Assembly: GCF_006345805.1 (NCBI RefSeq)
Contig: NW_021828728.1
Span: 1-7,818, forward strand
Direction: 5' to 3'
Length of the DNA stretch: 7,818 bases
Origin: Octopus sinensis
Lineage: Eukaryota
The position numbers and the translations under genes were made by a program. The notes beneath the pieces are model-generated. The model was not told the origin of the DNA. It saw only the letters and a list, made by a program, of their open reading frames with translations, and searched no databases. This document shows, one piece after another, positions 1 through 6,899 of the stretch; position 1 is the stretch's first letter, and the number at the start of each line of letters is the position of its first letter.

Positions 1-57
1 CGCTTTTAATATTAAATATTTTATCATAGCTCCCCATGATCCTCCGTGTGCGCCTAG

Positions 58-213
58 TATATATATATAATATATTTATATTATATATATATATTATATA
101 ATGTATTTATATGTATATATATAATGTATTTATATTATATTGTATTATATATATTTATATATATATTGTAATATATTTATATAATAATATATATATATAT
201 ATATGTATATATG

Positions 214-263
<50 letters not shown>

Positions 264-302
264 AACATATATATATATAATGCAATTTATGTATATATAT
301 AT
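58..302. repeat. Imperfect (TA)n microsatellite
   Basis: About 245 bp of alternating TA with scattered interruptions. Confidence 0.97.
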
Positions 303-466
303 GCAAACACCCTACGCATTCACACGCATATATACTTATAATGTGCGTCTCTGCGCGTGTATGAATACATAAATATAAGCACGTGCGTCTCTGTGTGTGT
401 ATAGCCTATTCATTTAGATCACAAGTGAACTAATCCCCTCATATTCTTTATATATCTATGCATACT

Positions 467-495
467 CATACACACACACACAGATACACACACAC
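467..495. repeat. Short (CA)n microsatellite
   Basis: CA dinucleotide run, interrupted once by GATA. Confidence 0.85.
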
Positions 496-930
496 GTGTA
501 CGGATGTATTAATGGATGTATATACAAAAAAAAAATGGTTAACGACTTGAAAGTGGTCATTTTTTTTTTTCAGGGAGAAAAAAATTGCAGTCTTGCAAAC
601 TGGCACAGGGGAGATAATTTGAATGGCTTACTAAATCCTTTAAAAGCAAGCAATTCCTATGTTTCATCGTAAATTTGATTTTCTTGTTTTTATATTATTT
701 ATTTTTTTATTGCAAACTGGTTGCAATGTTGAGAACATGCAATACACAGGACGAATTTCTCTGGTATCCCATGCCTTATATGATACGCATTTATAATTTT
801 TTTTCACCACTACCGGACATATTTGGTATTTAGAACTACGTTTCTCAGAGTGTATGAAGCAAGGGTTTAAACTACAAGTCTGAGAACAAACATTGATGAA
901 AATGCTTTGGACTTGTAAAATCTTTATGAG

Positions 931-1239
931 GGACACCGAGGAGCGGTCTGCCTCGGGTGACACTTTTAAAAAAGCGGCACTTTTTATCCTGTTAGGCTAT
1001 TGCTGTAGGCGATGTGTCTTTTGGGGGGTTTTTTTGTGAGGTCGACTTTGCCTTTCATCCTTTCGGGGTCGATAAATTAAGTACCAGCTACGTACTGAGG
1101 TCGATCTAATCAACTGGCCCCCTCCCCCAAAATTTCGGGCCTTGTGCATAGAGTAGAAAAGAATATGTGTTTTTTGTGGAGTCCGGGGGTGGAGACGGAA
1201 GGGCCGTCCCGGGCGGCACACACTCTAGCTACGCTAGTG
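931..1239. mobile_element. Possible non-autonomous DNA transposon (MITE) remnant, one end preserved
   Basis: GC-rich right end GGGCCGTCCCGGGCGGCACACACTCTAGCTACGCTAGTG (1201-1239); its reverse complement CACTAGCGTAGCTAG resembles the CAGTGGCGTAGC-type termini of PIF/Harbinger MITEs (from memory). A related motif GCGGTCTGCCTCGGGTGACAC lies at 943-963. No matching left terminus is seen. Alternative reading: Helitron-like 3' end (hairpin 1203-1217, then CTAG|T at 1234-1238). Confidence 0.35.
1039..1166 (+). mobile_element. 5'-truncated SINE (Nin-domain type, Octopus-like family), tRNA head missing
   Basis: GTCGACTTTGCCTTTCATCCTTTCGGGGTCGATAAATTAAGTACCAG matches the Nin-type SINE domain as recalled, followed by a body and a short AGAAAAGAAT tail. 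Flanked by a near-identical direct repeat GT7GTG (1028-1038) / GT6GTG (1169-1178), consistent with a target-site duplication. Confidence 0.8.
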
Positions 1240-1241
1240 AC

Positions 1242-1470
1242 GGGCCGCAGTAATTTGTCTGCTACGAGACTGAGGCCTGGTTGCAGTGTAATGGCTTTAG
1301 TAGCTTGTGTCACACAATGAAAGAGCTATTGCGGCGGAGCCCATGCCCCTGAGAGGGGTTCCTGTGCTGGATATGTCAAAGGATGGAGGCCAGACTAATA
1401 CGAGTCACCTCCTCCCTGAGGTAAAAAAATGGGTTTGTGCAAGATCAATACTCTTACCTAAACAAGAAAA
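1242..1470 (+). mobile_element. RTE-clade retroelement 5' leader/UTR-like remnant
   Basis: GAGCTATTGCGGCGGAGCCCATGCCCCTGAGAGGG...GTCAAAGGATGGAGGCCAGACTAA...GGGTTTGTGCAAG resembles, from memory, the conserved 5' UTR of RTE/Expander-type LINEs. No RT or endonuclease ORF follows on this strand. Confidence 0.45.
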
Positions 1471-1528
1471 CAAGCAAAAAAAAGAAGCTAAAGTTACAAA
1501 ATTATCGATGACAATTTAAAAGGACCAA

Positions 1529-1984
1529 GACACATACACACACACACATACACATACATATACACACATACACACACATATACACACATACACACATACA
1601 CACACATACACACTCAGATACACACACATACATATACACATGTACACACATATACACACACACACACTCGCACATACACACCTCACACATACACACATAG
1701 ACACTCAGATATACACATACATATACACACATACATATACACACATACACACATATATGCACACATACACACATACACATACAGACACTCAGATACACAC
1801 ACACACTTACATATACACACGTACACACACATACACACACATACATATACATATACACACATACACACACATGTACACACACATACGCACATACATACAC
1901 ACACATACACACATACACACACATACACTCACACATACACTCACACATACACACATAGATACACACACACTCACACACACACAC
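1529..1984. repeat. Long compound (CA)n/(CACATA)n microsatellite
   Basis: About 455 bp of ACAC/ACAT units; accounts for the CV- and HT-rich ORFs at 1502-2104, 1516-1704, 1640-1993 and 1683-1928. Confidence 0.97.
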
Positions 1985-3200
1985 CAAACGTAGGAAAAAT
2001 GATTTACCTGGCCAAAACGGGTGTTGGTGATGTTGAAATCTAGAAGAATTGTCCTCAGAGCAGGTGGCACAAGCATCGCGTGCCTTATGGATATTTATGA
2101 TCAAACCAAAGTGTTTGTATGCCTCCTTTTAGCTGGCAATTGATTGTTTCACTTGACTATCATTTAGTGACGCATTGTCGCCTTCAGTCTGCTGTTCGGG
2201 TTTCTATTTGAAGCTGGCCAGATTTTGTGAGTCGCGTCTTGATGGATTATAACGTCTGCTATAGAATCGCAGACCGTCTCCATTTCTGTATTTGTATTGA
2301 TTGTTCGTGGAGTAGTGTTGCCAGATATTAGAAGTTAGGTGTTGGAGCAAATACTCAAACTTATTCCAATCCATTCATGGTTGGAAAAAAAAATCTTCAG
2401 AATTCTTGTCAGAAATTGGTGAAGGCAGGCAAAATACGTCACAAATTACGGTTCCTTATCAATGATGCTTACCATTTCCTGTATGGAAGAGATTGTCTTT
2501 ATTCTCAAACTTGAACCATTCTTGGACAGATTATCATCTCGATTGTACTCCTGGAGACATCCAAGGACTCAGATAGTATCTTCTGATTCCGGGTGTAGGA
2601 GTCCGGGAGACATGTTTCCTAAGAAACAAAGCTGGATTATGTCGTGATAATCCCCAAAGATGCTCCTACAGCTTATTTTCTTTAAAATGGTAAAGATCCT
2701 CATGACTATATATTCTACAGATGAACAGGTATTCTCTGGATTTCCGACATTTGAAGAATAAAAATAAAAGGTCTTGTTATTAACTGTAAAAGTCCATTCT
2801 AAATGAGTTCTGTTAGGATGTTGTTCAATCCGGGTGATTTCTTTAGATGTCTTCCATTGATGGATTCAGAATTCCTAATATATTGGTAAGACTAGTATCC
2901 ATATTTGTGGCGGATGTTAGAATCGATTCCAAGAAAGTCTTCGGCAGACGTGGATATTTTATTCAAAGGTATGCTGAAATCTTCCCAGCAGCGCTGTAAG
3001 ATGTTAAGAACTGTTTTAGAGAATGCTTGCCTTGAGGCTATTTCCACTATTAAAGATATGTTGGTTCGTGCAATTTTTATGTTCCAGCGTAGAGGTTTTG
3101 CAGGTCCCAGAAGGTGCATATTTCAAAGTCATTCGTTCATGTCACCACCTGTTCCGGATGTGTTTGATATGAATTTAGATTTCTTGAGAGCAGATCTCCT
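1984..3200 (-). pseudogene. Decayed RTE-clade (BovB-like) LINE: linker plus reverse transcriptase, with many stops and frameshifts
   Basis: Hand translation of the - strand gives RTE RT motifs in the correct order across frames: WEDF...STSAEDFLG (linker, ~2920-2990); KKSPGLNNILTELI*NG (KSPG at 2829-2840); IFTILKK...DYHDI; KILSES...RSTIEMII (2532-2549); FACLHQFLTRILKIF; VFAPT (2340-2351); EGDNASL at the YADD position (2171-2185); EAYKHFGLIINIHK (2093-2113); ITNTRFGQVNHFSYV next to the microsatellite. Outer boundaries are approximate. Confidence 0.8.
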
Positions 3201-3283
3201 TGGCTTCCGATAGAAGGAAGTGAAGGTGATTCAGCTAGCTGTCAGGAGCGAGCAAGTGTCCGAGAAAACTAAGCAACTAAACA

Positions 3284-3301
3284 ATATATATATTATATAT
3301 A

Positions 3302-3340
<39 letters not shown>
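3284..3340. repeat. (TA)n microsatellite
   Basis: TA run with two small interruptions. Confidence 0.95.
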
Positions 3341-3342
<2 letters not shown>

Positions 3343-3471
3343 AACATGGTATATTTTTCATTCCTTCGAAATTGCTCTTAACTGTGGCTTGGACTTTTTG
3401 ACTGGTTTGTCTATCATGTAAGGCGACCTGTTAAGGCTCACCTCTTTTTGGTTTAAATCTACACAAATTTT

Positions 3472-3536
3472 ATATACATATACATATGTATGTATATATA
3501 TATATGTATATGTGTGTGTGTGTCTCTCTCCTCTCT

Positions 3537-3586
<50 letters not shown>

Positions 3587-3598
3587 TGTACACACACA
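3472..3598. repeat. Compound (TA)/(TG)/(TC)/(TA) microsatellite
   Basis: Adjacent dinucleotide runs of different unit. Confidence 0.93.
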
Positions 3599-3663
3599 TC
3601 GCATTTGTTTATGTTCAAGGGAGATCATTTCTCTGTGCTTACGAGTATCATTGGCTGTGAATT

Positions 3664-3742
3664 TGTGTGTGCGTATGTGTGTGTGTGCGTGTGTGTGTAT
3701 GTGTGTGTGTACTTGTCTGTGTGCCTATGTGTATATATGTAT
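3664..3742. repeat. Imperfect (TG)n microsatellite
   Basis: TG runs with CG/TA interruptions. Confidence 0.9.
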
Positions 3743-3856
3743 GCGGCTGCTTATGTCTCGGTGCTGACATGTGTGTCATTTACACGACCTCAATTGCAGC
3801 AACGGAAAAAAGATATGAAATTTATTTCTTTTTGTTATCTCAATAAGAAATGATTT

Positions 3857-3940
3857 CACCTGAGTACAGCTACAATTAGCAGGTGCACCTGCAGGTGTAT
3901 ATAACACGTGCAATTGGCCAAAGGATTGATTATCGATTAA
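3857..3940. promoter_or_regulatory. Candidate bHLH enhancer: cluster of six E-boxes plus homeodomain-type sites
   Basis: CACCTG 3857-3862; CAGGTG-CACCTG-CAGGTG abutting at 3880-3897; CACGTG 3905-3910; CAATTG 3911-3916; GATTGATTATCGATTA ~3924-3939. The motifs are seen directly; function is inferred. Confidence 0.35.
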
Positions 3941-4216
3941 ATAAGCAGCCGTAACTTAGTTTTCCTGATAACAAAAATCTATGATAAATATTTCACTCTA
4001 CAAACACTACGAATTTCAAGGACAAGACAACGAGGAAGTTACGACTTCCTAGAAACAACAACCGAATCATATCTTACGGCACTAAGGTCACATTGCAGTG
4101 GGGTGCTGTTACAGTTGTACTTTTAGGCCATGTCAACTCTGACACTATTATCTGACCCTGTTATAGCGTTCCAAAAGTGATCACACAATCTGAATTTTTT
4201 TCTCATTTAAGATTAC

Positions 4217-4291
4217 GTGTGTGTGTGTATGAGTGTAAAACGCACACACTCACATATATATATACATACACATATCGTACATACACATATC

Positions 4292-4370
<79 letters not shown>

Positions 4371-4408
4371 TATACATTATATATATATATATATATATAA
4401 TATATATA

Positions 4409-4456
<48 letters not shown>

Positions 4457-4485
4457 ATATATATATAATCGTATGTATGTATATA
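4217..4485. repeat. Compound (TG)/(CA)/(TA)n microsatellite
   Basis: About 270 bp, mostly TA; explains the IY-rich ORFs at 4177-4530, 4217-4468 and 4315-4512. Confidence 0.96.
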
Positions 4486-4764
4486 CGCAAATATGCATGT
4501 ACTGACATGCAAACTATGAATTCTACATAATCACTCACTCTTCAATATGAATTTGCAGAGACGAATATGCCTAACATTCTCCTAAACATGGTTGGACACG
4601 ACTTAAGCAATTTAGAACAACAAATACACGAAATCAACCACAAAATATCGATCCCCAGAAACCTATCGGTTGTTAATTTCGTTGATAAAACACTAAATCT
4701 AACCAGGAGGAAACATTTTCATTATAGAAAACTGAATCAAAGACTTGATCCTTCCCTTCTATGC

Positions 4765-5060
4765 TGGCACTCCGTCGGTTACGACGACGAGTGTTCCAGT
4801 TGGCCCGATCAACGTGCAAGTAGATGAGCACTCCACAGACACGCGTAACCTTTAAGTAATTCTCAGAAAGAATCAGCGTGATACCTAATGTGACAAGGCT
4901 GCTCCTTTGAATTACTGGTACTTCTCATTTATACCAGCTGAGAGAACTGGAGGAACGTGAAATAAAATGTCTTGCTCAAAAGTGCAACGCATCGCCGGAA
5001 ATTGAACTCACGTTCTTCCGATCGTGAGCCGAATACCCTAACCACTATGCCACGCGCCTT
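4765..5060 (-). mobile_element. tRNA-derived SINE, family 1, apparently full length
   Basis: - strand head GGCGCGTGGCATAGTGGTTAGGG with A box TGGCATAGTGG (5042-5052) and B box GAGTTCAATTTCC (4997-5009); body with TTGAGCAAGAC...CAGCTGGTATAAATGAG; tail CTCGTCGTCGTAACCGACGGAGTGCCA. CTTCTAT occurs near both flanks (4756-4762, 5067-5073) but is not exactly adjacent to the ends. Confidence 0.85.
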
Positions 5061-5099
5061 TACCCTCTTCTATAATTATTTACTTCGCAAGTAACATAT

Positions 5100-5293
5100 A
5101 TCTCTTTACGCTTTTACTTGTTTCAGTCATTTGAATGAGGCCATACTGGAGCACCGCTTTTAGTCGAGCAAATCGACCCCAGGACTTATTCTTTGTAAGC
5201 CTAGTACTTATTCTATCGGTCTCCTTTGCCGAAGTTACGGGGATGTAAACACACCAGCGTCGGTTGTCAAACAATGTTAGGGGGACAAACACA

Positions 5294-5363
<70 letters not shown>

Positions 5364-5535
5364 ATATATATACAACGGGCTTCTTTTAGTTTCCGTCTAT
5401 CAAATCCACTCCCAAGGCTTCGGTCAGCCTGAGGCTATAGTAGAAGACACTTGCCCAAGGTGCCACGCAGTGGGACTGAACCCAGAACCATGTGGTTGGT
5501 AAGCAAGCTTCTTACCACTCAGCCACTCCTACGCC
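5100..5535 (-). mobile_element. tRNA-derived SINE, family 2 (abundant Octopus type), full length with internal microsatellite
   Basis: - strand head GGCGTAGGAGTGGCTGAGTGG with A box (5515-5525) and B box GGTTCAGTCCC (5472-5482), then CCTTGGGCAAGTGTC; internal (TA)(TG) array; Nin-like module; GTAAAAG-type tail. CATAT flanks both ends (5095-5099, 5536-5540), a candidate target-site duplication. Confidence 0.92.
5288..5372. repeat. (CA)n(TA)n microsatellite inside SINE family 2
   Basis: A perfect CA run directly abutting a TA run, within the SINE body. Confidence 0.95.
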
Positions 5536-6174
5536 CATATCAGAGAGTCTTTATAAAATCATTCGATAGGTAAATATTAGCTGAAGCAGCACTAATTCAT
5601 AATGAAGTACTATGAGTAAGCAGTTTGAAAAGGAAACCAGAAAACATTCCAAAGATGTACAAACGAACGATAAATCATACAAAAATAAGAAAAGAAATAT
5701 CACCTGGTTAAAGGCCCTTCAGCCTAAGCGTTCCAACACTAAACTCTTTCTTCATGACTATGGATGCTACCTCTCAATACGTAGAAGTCAGAGTTTGCCA
5801 CAGCCATGCAAAGTGACCGAAACACGCCGTTTAAGGTAAAGCAATCGCGTATTTTAATACTCATAATCTACATCTGTAAATACAAAGGTGTCAGTAATAA
5901 TGTGTCACCTCTAGCGTAAATGAATCCGATATATACTCACTGTAAATAGCAGAAATATATATATGATTATATAACAAAGAAATGAGGTCGTGTCACATTG
6001 CAGATAAGAGAAATGAGTTGTTTTTAATAGGTTGGTTGGAAATTCAAATATAGTTGAGCATCCGATGATATGACAGCAATGAAATTCGCACCCAATGTAC
6101 AACAATGTCAGAACCAAGCGAACGCAAAGCAAATTAGCTCGCGGAAAGAAATTAAAGCCAATAGTCAAGAGACA

Positions 6175-6665
6175 TCTTTTAAAGTGAAGTTGTGTGTCTG
6201 TCTCCTACGATTTAGATTCCTAACTACTCCCCCATTTTGCGGTGCAGCGTAATAAAAACCGGGTATCTTATAGTAGTGATTCATATCGAGCCCTTCTGGG
6301 TATTAGCGCGCGTCTACGATGAGTCTATGATTTAAAAAAAAATTTACCATCATTTTTTTCCATTTTAATGAATTTTTTCGCTATTATATGAGGGAAGTAA
6401 CTCTCTAAAAATGTCTACGATGAGTCTATGATTTAAAAAAAAATTACCATCATTTTTTCCATTTTAATGCATTTTTTTCGCTATTATATAAGGGAAGTAA
6501 CTCTCTAAAAATGTCTACGATGAGTCAACGATTTAAAAAAAAAATTACCATCATTTTTTTTCCATTTTAAATGCATTTTTTGCTATCTTTTGGCTATAAC
6601 TCTCTAAAAATGCTTATATAGTTATTTCCCTTACAAACCCGAGCAACGCCGGGCGATACTGCTAG
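6175..6665 (+). mobile_element. Non-autonomous Helitron, copy A
   Basis: Canonical Helitron termini: A|TC at 6174/6175; GC hairpin CCCGAGCAACGCCGGG (6638-6653); 8-nt spacer; CTAG (6662-6665) followed by T. No target-site duplication and no ORF. Confidence 0.85.
6312..6612 (+). repeat. Three tandem ~100-bp units inside Helitron copy A
   Basis: Units start with GTCTACGATGAGTC at 6312, 6413 and 6513 and end with AACTCTCTAAAAAT. Confidence 0.95.
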
Positions 6666-6899
6666 TCTTGTATAAAATGCAAAGCTATCACGGGTTATAT
6701 ACAACGCAGCTTTGGCGAGTTCAGTTATGGAAATCATTTATGAAGTAAACAATGATAACTTTGGGAAAACAGGATGGGAATGTTTTAATAAACCGGCAGA
6801 TGCCGAACAAACTTCATGCCTAGCCAAGTAGATAAGAAAATCTAGTGCTCAGGTAAAATAGATACAACATAGCAAAACAGGATTCAATTATATAATAGA

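Larger units (their letters stand above)
4500..5745 (+). pseudogene. Decayed Penelope-like element (PLE) RT/thumb region, interrupted by two SINEs
   Basis: CRDE at 4554-4565 (position of the YRDD catalytic motif), then ILLNMVGHDL...ISIPRNLSVVNFVDKTLNL...YRKLN (VVNFVD 4669-4686, YRK 4723-4731). Between and after the SINEs: PSSII (5063-5077), NISESLYKI, EAALIHNEVL (from 5583), KRNITW (5690-5707) and frameshifted PFSLSV (from 5715). These match, from memory, PLE motifs LYRDDG, NLKxVNFLDVT, YRKPN, HPPxII, AAPxYNxAL and RKRNIIWFNPPYS. Confidence 0.75.

Noticed and set aside
560-690. Strong + strand acceptor (T11-CAG at 560-573) followed by a short open frame (GEKNCSLANWHRG...)
   Set aside because: No convincing donor before the stop, no recognisable protein and no partner exon; poly-T tracts are common here.
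664-963. 99-aa - strand ORF; on the + strand a faint resemblance (FFTTT...ELRFS) to a hAT transposase C-terminus
   Set aside because: No recognisable domain in the ORF, and the hAT resemblance is too weak to support without a search.
1502-2104. 200-aa Cys/Val-rich ORF and overlapping His/Thr-rich ORFs
   Set aside because: Translations of the CA/TA microsatellite; the short unique N-terminus is part of the frameshifted RTE remnant.
2905-3213. 102-aa + strand ORF
   Set aside because: Antisense to the RTE linker region, with no independent motif.
3358-4530. Several IY/CV-rich ORFs
   Set aside because: Microsatellite translation artefacts.
4980-5060. tRNA-like sequences (also 5460-5535)
   Set aside because: They are SINE heads with degenerate cloverleafs that continue into SINE bodies, not tRNA genes.
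5760-6170. Possible GIY-YIG endonuclease continuation of the PLE
   Set aside because: No readable CxC...CPL or GIY/YIG motifs in any frame I translated.
6070-6252. Shared peptide LCVCLLRFRFLTTP in ORFs 6070-6252 and 7198-7461
   Set aside because: Both frames simply cross the 5' end of the two Helitron copies; this is not a gene duplication.
6312-6612. Regularly spaced repeats resembling a CRISPR array
   Set aside because: Whole 100-bp units repeat with no unique spacers, there are no cas genes, and the context is eukaryotic.
6668-6714. Interleaved 7-bp stems TTGTATA/TATACAA and CAAAGCT/AGCTTTG (pseudoknot-like) in the Helitron spacer
   Set aside because: AT-rich short stems with atypical loop geometry (11-nt middle loop, 3-nt last loop); compatible with chance.
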